Program-made: the position numbers and the translations under genes
Origin: an uncultured Sangeribacter sp.
Lineage (GTDB): Bacteria > Bacteroidota > Bacteroidia > Bacteroidales > Muribaculaceae
Assembly: GCA_964396365.1 (NCBI GenBank)
Contig: CAYNEZ010000001.1
Coordinates: forward strand, 1 to 53,256
Direction: 5' to 3'
Length of the DNA stretch: 53,256 nucleotides
In this document: in pieces, positions 38,673 to 48,249 of the stretch
Position numbering within the stretch: the stretch's first letter is position 1
Layout: each line of letters begins with the position of its first letter
The notes under the pieces: model-generated
Seen by the model: the letters and a program-made list of their open reading frames with translations, nothing else
What the model was told of the DNA's origin: nothing
Databases searched by the model: none

Positions 38673-38743
38673 GAGAGGGACGCTCAAGCAGTGCGTCCCT
38701 CTCTCGATATATTATGAGTTGACGCACGACTCGTGCGTCCCTA
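38673..38743. repeat. Two REP-like hairpins (GGGACGCAC...GTGCGTCCC type), probable terminator
   Basis: Hairpins at 38673-38703 and 38721-38739 share GACGC...GCGTCCCT; located between convergent genes. Confidence 0.7.
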
Positions 38744-38751
38744 AAAGTTAA

Positions 38752-39498
38752 TTACATGAATCCTTTCTCTTTTAGAAGAGCGAGGAAGGTTTCGGAAACA
38801 GCAGTGTTGACGGATTCCGGATAGCGGATGTCTGTGAAGACTTGAGCGAGGGAATCCTTTTTATTTTCCTCAACGAATTGCTTGTTGGGCTCGAAGTCTT
38901 CTTTTGCTTTGAAAAGTTGGACGATTTCCTCTTTCGAATTATGTCGGTAAGTCTCCGAATGTCTGATGGCTTCGAGTGGCAGTCGCTCACACTGCATTTC
39001 GTCAGGATTTTCAGGATATCCAAGAGAGAGCGATGCCACGGGAACTACAAGATCGGGAAGATCAAGAAGCTCGGAGATTTGCTTGGCATTGTAGTTGACA
39101 GTGCCAAGATAGCAAGTTCCAAGTCCTTCTTTTTCCGCTATGGTGACTATCTGCTGGGAATATATCACAGCATCTGTGAGGGCCATTATGAAAGAATGGA
39201 AATTATTGTAGCCTGGTTTGGCTCCGCTTGCTTCGCACCATTTCGTAAACCGGTTGAAATCAGCACAAATTGTCAGAATCACATCAGCACCTGTGGATGC
39301 AGGCTGATTGAAATGCTCTTTGGCAAGACGCTCAAGTTTGTCAGGCTCTCTTGTCACGATAACGCTATAAAGTTGCATATTTCCACATGTTGGGGCTCGC
39401 ATAGCCCTTTCGAGAATGTTATCTAAAAGTTCTTCAGGAATATGCTGCTTCTTATAGTTTCTTACAGTTTTCCTATTTGCAAAATATTCTTTTTCCAT
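38752..39498 (-). CDS. Nitroreductase family (NfsA/FRP-like) oxidoreductase
   Basis: RKTVR, APTCGNMQ, GLGTCYLG and RLP motifs; ATG at 39498 preferred over the upstream TTG. Confidence 0.92.
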   Translation of the reverse strand: MEKEYFANRKTVRNYKKQHIPEELLDNILERAMRAPTCGNMQLYSVIVTREPDKLERLAKEHFNQPASTGADVILTICADFNRFTKWCEASGAKPGYNNFHSFIMALTDAVIYSQQIVTIAEKEGLGTCYLGTVNYNAKQISELLDLPDLVVPVASLSLGYPENPDEMQCERLPLEAIRHSETYRHNSKEEIVQLFKAKEDFEPNKQFVEENKKDSLAQVFTDIRYPESVNTAVSETFLALLKEKGFM

Positions 39499-39573
39499 AA
39501 TTAAGTTTATATAGTTCAACTTTCAAAAGGAAAGTTGAAGGTTATGCTGTTATAGGGTTATGAGGCATCATTA

Positions 39574-40704
39574 CTATGAAAGCATGTCTTCTATAAGTGC
39601 AAGATCGCTTTTGACTTCTCCTTGAAGAAGATATTCGTCTTTTCTGGCTTTGAAGGCTTCATAGAGTTCTTGTGCCTTTGTTTTATCTTTATCAAGATAT
39701 AAGGCGATAGCCACGAGCAGACGTTCTTTTGATGACATCATCTTTCGATACATGTCGATGTATTTACGCAGATCTTTGTCAAGCAGTTGAGCTGCTTCCT
39801 CAGTCTTTCCGATTCTCAAATATAGGAATGCAAGTTCACATGCTATTTCCTTTACATAAAGAGGCATTATTTCATCTTTATGGGAGTAAAGAGCCTCGAT
39901 TTCGGCTAATGCGTCATCGTATTCCAAGCGGTCAATAAGGCGAGATGAGTGCATCAGAGGAATAGAAACTTCAAGAGCATTTTTATAATTGATGTCTTTT
40001 GGGGTAGAGAAAAGTTCATCCGGCATATCCTTAGGTCGAACTCCATTCTGGATAAGAGCGTTGGCACGAAGTTGATTTACTATTCCTTGCTTGCTCAGAA
40101 GACTTTTCTTAAGTAGCTTCATATTGTAGCCATCGTTGCCAACACCTCCTGCTTGCATGGGGATTCCATTGAGGAGAAGCATTATGAAATCTGTCATTGC
40201 AAATATGGCAAGGGCTTCTGCTACAAAAGGATTGAGGTGCAGGAAAAAGAAGGGTAGTACTAATATGAGAAGAATTAGGTTGGCAAGTATTCCACCAAAA
40301 TTATACCATCCTGTAGGAATCTTTTCAAGAGGTAATTCGGGAGGCGTCAGAAGACACTGACCTCCTGTTCCGGCAATTGCGAATTTCTTGATACGGAATT
40401 TTCCGTCCTCTTTAAGGAATGTAAAATTGAAAATACGGAAACTTACAAATTTATAGCCACTTAATAGTCCACATATCAGATGACCTAATTCATGTATAGG
40501 GATTATGATGGCCAGTGACACTGCAAGTGATGCGATGGCAACAAGAAAAACGGCAAGACCTTCTGAAAAATCGATATTATAATACTTTTGAAGATATTCC
40601 GTCCAAGTCGTGTCAGTAAATAAGACCACGATCAGTCCGCCGACCAATAATCCAATAAGTCCTCCAAGAATCAGACCACCAATTAGCTTTAAAACTGTCT
40701 TCAT
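39574..40704 (-). CDS. M50 family (site-2) membrane metallopeptidase
   Basis: HELGH and NDG motifs in TM context. Confidence 0.88.
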   Translation of the reverse strand: MKTVLKLIGGLILGGLIGLLVGGLIVVLFTDTTWTEYLQKYYNIDFSEGLAVFLVAIASLAVSLAIIIPIHELGHLICGLLSGYKFVSFRIFNFTFLKEDGKFRIKKFAIAGTGGQCLLTPPELPLEKIPTGWYNFGGILANLILLILVLPFFFLHLNPFVAEALAIFAMTDFIMLLLNGIPMQAGGVGNDGYNMKLLKKSLLSKQGIVNQLRANALIQNGVRPKDMPDELFSTPKDINYKNALEVSIPLMHSSRLIDRLEYDDALAEIEALYSHKDEIMPLYVKEIACELAFLYLRIGKTEEAAQLLDKDLRKYIDMYRKMMSSKERLLVAIALYLDKDKTKAQELYEAFKARKDEYLLQGEVKSDLALIEDMLS

Positions 40705-40780
40705 TACTCAAATTTTATGTTAGGCAATGCAAAATTACAAAAAATATTTATTAATTTTGCATATCAACTAAAATTTAAAT

Positions 40781-41266
40781 ATGATGAAACGCAGAGTGAC
40801 ATTAAGCACATATTGTATAATATTGACTATATTGACAATTGGTCTGTTGATTGCTATAATGATATGGGAACTTAAGATAGGTAATGATATCATTTCATAT
40901 TTGACAGGAGGATTGTTGGTCATTCTATGTGTATTGGCTCTATTCTTCACTCCAATGTCAGTCTCTGTAGAGGATGGATGCTTGAATATGAATACTTTTC
41001 TGCGTTCTAAATCCATACCGCTAAGAGATATCGCGTCAGTGACCCTTTGTCCTCCTACGATGGCAGAAAAGCGAATATTTGGCAGTGGTGGATGGTTTGG
41101 ATATTGGGGATGGTTTTCCGAACCAACTATCGGAAAATATATGGCTTATTATGGAAAGGCCTCAGACTGCTTTCTCGTGCGTTTAAAAAGTGGAAAACTC
41201 TATCTTCTTGGATGCGTCGATCCTCAATCGATGGTGGAGTATATAGAGCAAAATTTGAAGGCTTAA
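40781..41266 (+). CDS. Bacterial PH-domain membrane protein
   Basis: Two TM helices, then RIFGSGGWFGYWGWF. Confidence 0.85.
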   Translation: MMKRRVTLSTYCIILTILTIGLLIAIMIWELKIGNDIISYLTGGLLVILCVLALFFTPMSVSVEDGCLNMNTFLRSKSIPLRDIASVTLCPPTMAEKRIFGSGGWFGYWGWFSEPTIGKYMAYYGKASDCFLVRLKSGKLYLLGCVDPQSMVEYIEQNLKA

Positions 41267-41291
41267 TTAGTGTTAGGTTGGCAATAAGGTT

Positions 41292-43145
41292 ATGAAGAAT
41301 CGTATTATCATTTTGCTTATAACGGCATTCTTGGCTCATATTTTTCAAGTTGGAGTTCATTCTCAGATAATAAAGAAAGCCGGTGAGCTCCTTTTGTCGT
41401 CTTCGGCGTCGGAAAAAACGGATACCTCAAAAAATCATGGGAATCAACTGATGTCGCAAGATGATCAGGAGAAGTCAGATTCAATTAAGGTAATTGAACT
41501 TATGCTTCAGCTTGAGGAGATGAAGCTCAATGAGATAGTGCTTAAGTCAAAGCTTGAAGAAAATACTCAGAATCAAGTGCAAGACTCATTGAAAAGAGCA
41601 GCTCAAATTCACCGCATTGATTCGCTGCGCGCTGTCACCCCAGGCGTACCGGTCGTAGTGGAAGAAGATACACTTTTCAAAATATATGCGGCAAGAGGTG
41701 GCCATTCAGCCGTAGATCGAGCTGAGACGACAACTGAAACCATTCTCAAAATAGGGAAAGGGGGAAGTCTGCGTCGAGATTCTGTCTATTTGCTTGACAA
41801 TGATACCTATATTGATATCATGTATGGCGATAAGGTTATAATTAGTGTGACCGAAAATGATGCATTGTGGCATTCTACCACTCCATTGGTTCTTGCCGAA
41901 ACATGGATGCCAATTATTGACGACAAGATAACTCTATTGAAAGCTGAAAATAGTTTTTGGCAAATATTGAAAAGGTCGGCACTCTTCATACTTGTCATAG
42001 TATTTCAATATCTGATTTTCAAACTTATCAACTTCCTTTTCAGAAAACTCAAAAGAGAGATAATTTGGCTAAAGGTGCATAAGCTTAAGCCACTTGTGAT
42101 CCGAGACTATGAACTTTTGAATACTAATTATCTATGTAGGATATTATTGGTATTATGTAGATTCTTGCGCTATGTGGTCCTTCTCTTTTTCTTAATAATT
42201 ACTGTTCCCATTCTTTTTTCAATTTTCCCACAGACAGAAAGTCTGGCGATGAAGATATTTTACTATATTATTGATCCGATAAAGATGGTGATCAAGGCAA
42301 TAGTGGAATATATTCCTAATCTGTTCATAATTGCCATCATTTGGTATTGCGTCAGATATATAGTAAAGGGGTTAAGATACATATCCGAAGAGATAAAGAA
42401 TGAGAAACTGAAAATTTCAGGTTTTTATTCAGACTGGGCAGAACCAACGTTCAATATCATCAGATTCTTGCTGTATGCGTTTATGATCGCCATGATATAT
42501 CCATATCTGCCAGGCTCTGAGTCGGGGGTTTTTCAAGGCATTTCAGTGTTTGTAGGTCTTATAGTATCATTGGGTTCAAGTTCAGTAATCTCAAATTTCA
42601 TTGCTGGTTTTGTAATCACATATATGCGTCCATTCAAGTCCGGAGATTTCATTAAGGTTAATGAAACGGTGGGGAATGTGGTGGAGAAGTCTCCTTTCAT
42701 AACGCGTATACGCACAATAAAAAATGAAATTGTGACTATCCCAAATTCATTTATAACTACTTCGAATACTGTCAATTATTCCTCTTCAGCCCGCCAATAT
42801 GGACTAATTATCCATACCATGCTGACGATGGGGTACGATGTGCCGTGGCGTAAGGTTCACCAATTGCTTATTGATGCAGCATTGAAGACTGATGGAGTAC
42901 TTGAACATCCGGCTCCCTTTGTGCTTGAGACAGAGCTGAACGACAACTATATGTGCTATCAGATAAATGCTTACATAAAGGATGCAGATGATATGCCATT
43001 CATAATGTCTGATCTTCTGCAGAATATTCAGGATTATTTCAACGAAGCCGGAATCGAATTGTTTGCTCCGCATCATTTCACCACAAAGTCACGCTGTGAA
43101 GTGGCTCCTGTAAAAGTGGATATCTCCACTTTGAATGCTCATTAA
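41292..43145 (+). CDS. MscS family mechanosensitive channel
   Basis: SNFIAG, RPFKSGDFI and IPNS motifs. Confidence 0.94.
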   Translation: MKNRIIILLITAFLAHIFQVGVHSQIIKKAGELLLSSSASEKTDTSKNHGNQLMSQDDQEKSDSIKVIELMLQLEEMKLNEIVLKSKLEENTQNQVQDSLKRAAQIHRIDSLRAVTPGVPVVVEEDTLFKIYAARGGHSAVDRAETTTETILKIGKGGSLRRDSVYLLDNDTYIDIMYGDKVIISVTENDALWHSTTPLVLAETWMPIIDDKITLLKAENSFWQILKRSALFILVIVFQYLIFKLINFLFRKLKREIIWLKVHKLKPLVIRDYELLNTNYLCRILLVLCRFLRYVVLLFFLIITVPILFSIFPQTESLAMKIFYYIIDPIKMVIKAIVEYIPNLFIIAIIWYCVRYIVKGLRYISEEIKNEKLKISGFYSDWAEPTFNIIRFLLYAFMIAMIYPYLPGSESGVFQGISVFVGLIVSLGSSSVISNFIAGFVITYMRPFKSGDFIKVNETVGNVVEKSPFITRIRTIKNEIVTIPNSFITTSNTVNYSSSARQYGLIIHTMLTMGYDVPWRKVHQLLIDAALKTDGVLEHPAPFVLETELNDNYMCYQINAYIKDADDMPFIMSDLLQNIQDYFNEAGIELFAPHHFTTKSRCEVAPVKVDISTLNAH

Positions 43146-43175
43146 ATGTGTTCATTAATCCGGAACGAGTCAACG

Positions 43176-44024
43176 TCAGTCGACATGCCGCTCTGCATGA
43201 TAGGAAGAGCGCACCATCGGAGCTGACTCCATATGTCGGAATCCTCTGCGAAGACCTTCCTTGCGGTATTGCTCAAAAATGTCCGGATGAATATAGTCCT
43301 GCACAGGGTAATGTTTGGCAGTAGGTTGCAGATATTGGCCTATTGTCATCACTTCACATCCCGCTTCCAAGAGGTCGTCCATCGTCTGTAAAATTTCTTC
43401 CGGGGTCTCACCAAGACCGAGCATTATTCCGCTTTTTGAGCGGATTCCACTTTTGGCTATCTTGCGAATGACATTCAATGAAGTGTCGTAGGTGGCATGG
43501 CATCGCACTTCCGGAGTGAGTCGCCTTACGGTCTCAAGGTTGTGCGAGATTACATCAGGTTTCTCGTCAATAACCATCTTTATCAACTCTTCCTTTCCTT
43601 GGAAATCCGGAATTAACACCTCCATAGTCACTTCCGGACATTCTTTTTTAAGAGTCCGTATCATCTTCGCCCAGTGCTCCGCACCCAAATCCGGAAGATC
43701 ATCCCTGTCGACTGAAGTAATGACAATGTGTTTCAAATTTAAGGATTTCACAGACTCCACTATATCTTGAATTTCTTTTTTATCAAGAGGAAGAGGACGT
43801 CCGGTTGCCACGTTGCAGAATTTACAACTCCGGGTACATACATTCCCACCAATCATGAAAGTTGCGGTTCCGTTGCCCCAACATTCTCCACGATTAGGAC
43901 ACATGCCGCTTGAGCAAATGGTATGCAGATGCTTTTCATTGAGAAGTCCTACTACCTGACTTGTCTTGAATCCTTTAGGAAGCTTAATTTTAAGCCATTC
44001 CGGTTTTCTTCTGAAGTCTGCCAT
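43176..44024 (-). CDS. lipA: Lipoyl synthase
   Basis: CX4CX5C, CX3CX2C and RSSY motifs. Confidence 0.97.
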   Translation of the reverse strand: MADFRRKPEWLKIKLPKGFKTSQVVGLLNEKHLHTICSSGMCPNRGECWGNGTATFMIGGNVCTRSCKFCNVATGRPLPLDKKEIQDIVESVKSLNLKHIVITSVDRDDLPDLGAEHWAKMIRTLKKECPEVTMEVLIPDFQGKEELIKMVIDEKPDVISHNLETVRRLTPEVRCHATYDTSLNVIRKIAKSGIRSKSGIMLGLGETPEEILQTMDDLLEAGCEVMTIGQYLQPTAKHYPVQDYIHPDIFEQYRKEGLRRGFRHMESAPMVRSSYHAERHVD

Positions 44025-45655
44025 TATTCATCTTGTGTTTTTTCCGGGACTACCGGTGTTTCTTCCTTCTGGGTTGTTTCCGTCTCTTGCGTAGAAGATT
44101 CATTCGCTGGAGTAGTAACGGGTGCTTCTTCTGTAGTTACATTTTTCTCAGAAGTATTTTTTTCTTTCTCTGTTTTTTTAACAGTTGGTTTTGAATCAGA
44201 ATAGGATGCAGCAGGAATTCCTCCTGACTGAGTCAGCATTTTCTTAACTTTTGACGCGCTTCCGCTGCTGTAGGCGTTGAAGACATTGAAACATACGGCA
44301 ATATCTGTGATTCCGTTCTTTTTAACATAATCTTTCAGATTATGGGTGAAGTATCGGAAGTCGATGACATGCACTTCATTAAAGCTGTAGAACAAATTTC
44401 CCGGAACAGCATTGCCATAAGAATCTTTTATAATAAGAACTTTTCGGTTGCCCGGAGTCGAAGTCTTCACTTTGACATATGCCTGGTCTGTCCCGATGAA
44501 TGTCAGATAGGCATTACCGCTTCCGTCTTTGAATTTTTTGAAGAAAGCTGATTTATAAGGTTTAGATTCCCTGACGATCTTGAAGTTTTTGTTGAGAGTG
44601 TAAGATACAAATTCGGCATCATATCCAACCTGATTAGGTGTGTAATATACGAAGTCCTCCGGTGCATTCTTCACGGAGATATCTTTTGAATAGCCATACA
44701 TAGACCCAACGAATTTTTTTACTTCATGACGGTCGTAGGCATCAAGACCTCTGAAGGGAACTCCTGCCGTTTCGGCAAGACGCTTGGCTGCATAATATCC
44801 TCCGAGTCCGGCCCAATGATGGTCTGTACGTAGATAGATGTCCTCTTTCTTATGTTTCAAGAGTTCGTCATATACATCTACAAATTTTACTTTTGGAGAT
44901 AGGCGGTCTCTTACGCTATAGATGAATGGTTTTTGTGGATTACTTGCTTTTGAGGCCTTTTCAGGAAGATAATATTCAGTGGCTAAAGGGGCAATCATTG
45001 CATAGACATTGCTGTTGGGAAACTCATTGGCGAGTGTATTCAAAAGATCGACATAACCACCACCACCTTTTGAGGTTCCTCCAAATGCCATCAGTGCCCT
45101 TACTTTATCACCTTTGCCTACAATAATAGTGCCGGAACTTGCGAGTTTAGCCTTTCCATCGTTGATATCCTCTTCATCATCGCTGTCAGAAGGGGTCTCG
45201 CCGTTGTAAGTGTTTTCAGAATCGTTTTCGGAGCTGTCTGCATTTTCTTTTGTGGTTTCCTTGTTTTTGTCATCCGATACAGATCCTTCGTTATTGGCAG
45301 TTTCGGCGGGGCGGAAAGAAACAGTCTCTTCATCAGATCGGAAATCTCCCTTCATCGCCCCACGTATTTTCATGCTCATTGTCATCAGTTCATCACGATA
45401 TGGTTCGGTATCACTAAACCATGTAGAAACGTCGGAAGTGAATTTTCCCGGATCTTTCTTTATTTTTTCAAAATCAGAAATATCGGGAAGTTCCGCAAGA
45501 TCCCGTTTTTCGAGTTCTGAATAAGCAGTTCTTGGAAAAAACACAAACACGCCTGTAAGTATGGAAAAGAATATTCCCACAGTAACTATATACATTACAG
45601 ATGCGCCATGCTTTCCTTTCCCATTTGGGATGTCATGTTCTGTCTGATTGTCCAT
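44024..45655 (-). CDS. DHHW family (AlgJ/AlgX-like) O-acyltransferase partner
   Basis: RTDHHW, KDSYGN and DFRY motifs; N-terminal TM; likely start 45655. Confidence 0.88.
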   Translation of the reverse strand: MDNQTEHDIPNGKGKHGASVMYIVTVGIFFSILTGVFVFFPRTAYSELEKRDLAELPDISDFEKIKKDPGKFTSDVSTWFSDTEPYRDELMTMSMKIRGAMKGDFRSDEETVSFRPAETANNEGSVSDDKNKETTKENADSSENDSENTYNGETPSDSDDEEDINDGKAKLASSGTIIVGKGDKVRALMAFGGTSKGGGGYVDLLNTLANEFPNSNVYAMIAPLATEYYLPEKASKASNPQKPFIYSVRDRLSPKVKFVDVYDELLKHKKEDIYLRTDHHWAGLGGYYAAKRLAETAGVPFRGLDAYDRHEVKKFVGSMYGYSKDISVKNAPEDFVYYTPNQVGYDAEFVSYTLNKNFKIVRESKPYKSAFFKKFKDGSGNAYLTFIGTDQAYVKVKTSTPGNRKVLIIKDSYGNAVPGNLFYSFNEVHVIDFRYFTHNLKDYVKKNGITDIAVCFNVFNAYSSGSASKVKKMLTQSGGIPAASYSDSKPTVKKTEKEKNTSEKNVTTEEAPVTTPANESSTQETETTQKEETPVVPEKTQDE

Positions 45656-45662
45656 CGTTGTT

Positions 45663-47129
45663 TTAGAATCTTGTGTAAATGAATGCATTGTTAGTAGCTC
45701 CTACAAGAAGGGCCACGCAGCATATCAGGATTGTTACGGATATAATAGCGTGGCAGAATTGCACCGTATAGTTCCCGGCGTATGGAATACGCATAGCCAT
45801 TTTATAGCCCACTTTCTCCACTTGTTTCCTTACGGGGAGACAGAGAATCAGAGCAGCTACCCAAAGCCATAGATTGTCAATGAGAACCGTCTCGACATGC
45901 ATTGGGAGTCCTTGAGGTTCATTCTGGCCAAAGAATGCCGAGAAGAATTGTGTCATTCTTCCGAAATCGTCGAAATAGAATATTCCCCAACCTACGAGAA
46001 TAAGGAAAATGCTGTAGATATAAAGACCTATCTTAGGCATCCACTTCCATTTAAGTAGAGTATACTTCTCGATCATTATGATGAGTCCGAAATATACGCC
46101 CCATATGATAAAGTTCCAGCTTGCTCCGTGCCACATTCCTGTCAAAAACCACACAGTCATAATATTGAGTGCCTGATGACGTCGGTTGCCTCCCATAGGG
46201 ATGTAAACATAGTCGCGGAAAAATGATCCAAGGCTCATGTGCCAGCGTCGCCAGAAATCGGTCATCGATGTGCAAGTGTAGGGATGGTTGAAGTTTTCCG
46301 GAAAATGGAAGCCGACACATCGCCCTATGCCTATTGCCATATCGGAGTAGCCTGAGAAGTCGAAATATATCTGGATGGAGAAAGCGAGAATCCCAACCCA
46401 AGCAGCCGCAGCCGACATATTTTCGAGGTTACCCCCGAGCAATGAGGTTGCTATTTCTCCCATTATATTGGCAATTATCACTTTTTTACCTAATCCTATT
46501 ATAAAACGGTAGACACCATCAGCAACATCATCAGCCGTAGCACGCCTGTGTCCGATTTCTTCTGCCACTGTTCCATAACGTACGATTGGGCCAGCAATGA
46601 GCTGAGGGAACATAGAAATGTAAAGAAGGAGATCGAAATAATTTCTCTGAGGCTTGGAGTCCTCACGATAGACATCAACTAAATAAGAGATGGATTGGAA
46701 AATATAGAAGCTGATACCTATTGGAAGGGCAATCTGCGGGTCGGGCACATCAAAACCTATACTCCTGATTATACCTGAAAAGAAACCAAGGTATTTGAAG
46801 CTGCCGAGGGCAGCCAAGTCAGCCGCAACACCGATAATCAGCCATGCTTTTCCTATGGCATTGTGCTTTTTATAAAGAAGTATTCCACAGAAATAATTGA
46901 CAACCACTACAGCAAGCATAAGAAAGACATAAATAGGTTCTCCCCATGCATAAAACAAAATTGAGAAAATTGTCAATATTATATTGCGGAAGAGCATCGG
47001 ACGTTTCAGTCTGCGTTCCTTGTTGTCGGCATGGTGGATTCGGGCTTTGTCGATCCAACCGAAAAGGATATACAACAATCCGAAAAGCGGAATGAAGCAG
47101 AATATGAAGAAAAGATCAGAAAATACCAT
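45663..47129 (-). CDS. MBOAT O-acyltransferase (AlgI/PatA/DltB family)
   Basis: LPIGISFY, DFSGYSDMA, FWRRWH, GMWHG and FIYTRF motifs. Confidence 0.96.
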   Translation of the reverse strand: MVFSDLFFIFCFIPLFGLLYILFGWIDKARIHHADNKERRLKRPMLFRNIILTIFSILFYAWGEPIYVFLMLAVVVVNYFCGILLYKKHNAIGKAWLIIGVAADLAALGSFKYLGFFSGIIRSIGFDVPDPQIALPIGISFYIFQSISYLVDVYREDSKPQRNYFDLLLYISMFPQLIAGPIVRYGTVAEEIGHRRATADDVADGVYRFIIGLGKKVIIANIMGEIATSLLGGNLENMSAAAAWVGILAFSIQIYFDFSGYSDMAIGIGRCVGFHFPENFNHPYTCTSMTDFWRRWHMSLGSFFRDYVYIPMGGNRRHQALNIMTVWFLTGMWHGASWNFIIWGVYFGLIIMIEKYTLLKWKWMPKIGLYIYSIFLILVGWGIFYFDDFGRMTQFFSAFFGQNEPQGLPMHVETVLIDNLWLWVAALILCLPVRKQVEKVGYKMAMRIPYAGNYTVQFCHAIISVTILICCVALLVGATNNAFIYTRF

Positions 47130-47140
47130 GTTCTTTTGTG

Positions 47141-47203
47141 TTGTCAGTTATCAGTTGTCAGTTATCAGTTATCAGTTATCAGTTGTGAGTTGTCTGTTGT
47201 CAG
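47141..47203. repeat. Heptamer tandem repeat TT(A/G)TCAG x9
   Basis: Nine units read directly; they supply the last codons and stop of the SGNH gene. Confidence 0.9.
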
Positions 47204-48031
47204 ATTTTTAGTTTCTGTTTTCTGATGGGAGAGTGGAATTAGTGATTCGAGGATGTAGTTGCCGAGTATGCGGGCACCTTCGGGATTGGTATGCACTCCA
47301 TCGTAGGTGTATTTAGGAGATTTTGCCTCTTGTTCATGATTTATTGCTGTTTCTTTGTCTGGTCTTATTACTAAGCATCCTTTTTGAGAAGCTGTCTTTT
47401 CTATAATTTCTGATACTTTGAAGATGGTTTGAGGATCCGTTTTTGACATCTGCAGAGGTGTGACAAATAGGAGAGTGGCATTCGGAAAGTTTGTCTGAAG
47501 AATGTCACATACCAGGCGAATGCTTCCTTCAAGTGTGGTTACAGTAGACGGATCGGTAAGTATTGTATATTTTTCGGTTGAGTTGTCTTGGTCGTATATA
47601 CCCGGTCGTTTGTTGGCAAACCATGCGTCGTTGGCTCCGGCGAAAAGAATTATTATATCGGGATACACGGCATTCTCGAGCAGCCTAAATGCTTGATTGT
47701 AGACAACATTGTTGTCATGAAGGATTTCTGAATAAAATGATGTATTAAGCTGAGTGGATTTTGTGTTTGTCCAAGTGGCTCCGCTTCTCGCATACACGTC
47801 AATCTTATCAGCAATTCCGCTCTGTTTAAGAATATGGCTCCAGCCGGTTGGGTTTTGACAAGAATCTCCCCCTATCCAAGTCATTGAGTCGCCTAAAAGT
47901 GCAATTCTCGGAAGCTTGGTAGGAGAGGGGACAGTATCGGCATATGCACACAATATCCCATACAGTATCAAGAATACTGCCGGTAGGATTTTATATATGT
48001 TGCATTTATATGGTATACAATGATTAAACAT
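47165..48031 (-). CDS. SGNH/GDSL hydrolase
   Basis: GDSMT, GAND and DGVH motifs. Confidence 0.9.
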   Translation of the reverse strand: MFNHCIPYKCNIYKILPAVFLILYGILCAYADTVPSPTKLPRIALLGDSMTWIGGDSCQNPTGWSHILKQSGIADKIDVYARSGATWTNTKSTQLNTSFYSEILHDNNVVYNQAFRLLENAVYPDIIILFAGANDAWFANKRPGIYDQDNSTEKYTILTDPSTVTTLEGSIRLVCDILQTNFPNATLLFVTPLQMSKTDPQTIFKVSEIIEKTASQKGCLVIRPDKETAINHEQEAKSPKYTYDGVHTNPEGARILGNYILESLIPLSHQKTETKNLTTDNSQLITDN

Positions 48032-48249
48032 TGCCGTGATGCCAAATTGTAGTAATACCTTAAGCTTGATTTACCATCTTGCCTAAACAAGCGTACAAAG
48101 TTACTCCTAATTTCTGAAATGACAAAATAAGAAGGCGAAAAAATTTAAAAAAATCAGAGTAAAGATTCAAAAAAATTTATTTTCTAAAGGCAGAATTATA
48201 GAATATGCAATACAGGGGATATTGAATAAAATGCACGAGACAATATTTA

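Noticed and set aside
38842-39426. 194-aa antisense ORF (and the many similar antisense ORFs in the track)
   Set aside because: These are shadows of confidently identified genes on the opposite strand.
46984-47225. Short + strand ORFs with SYQLSV repeats
   Set aside because: Artefact of translating the heptamer repeat.
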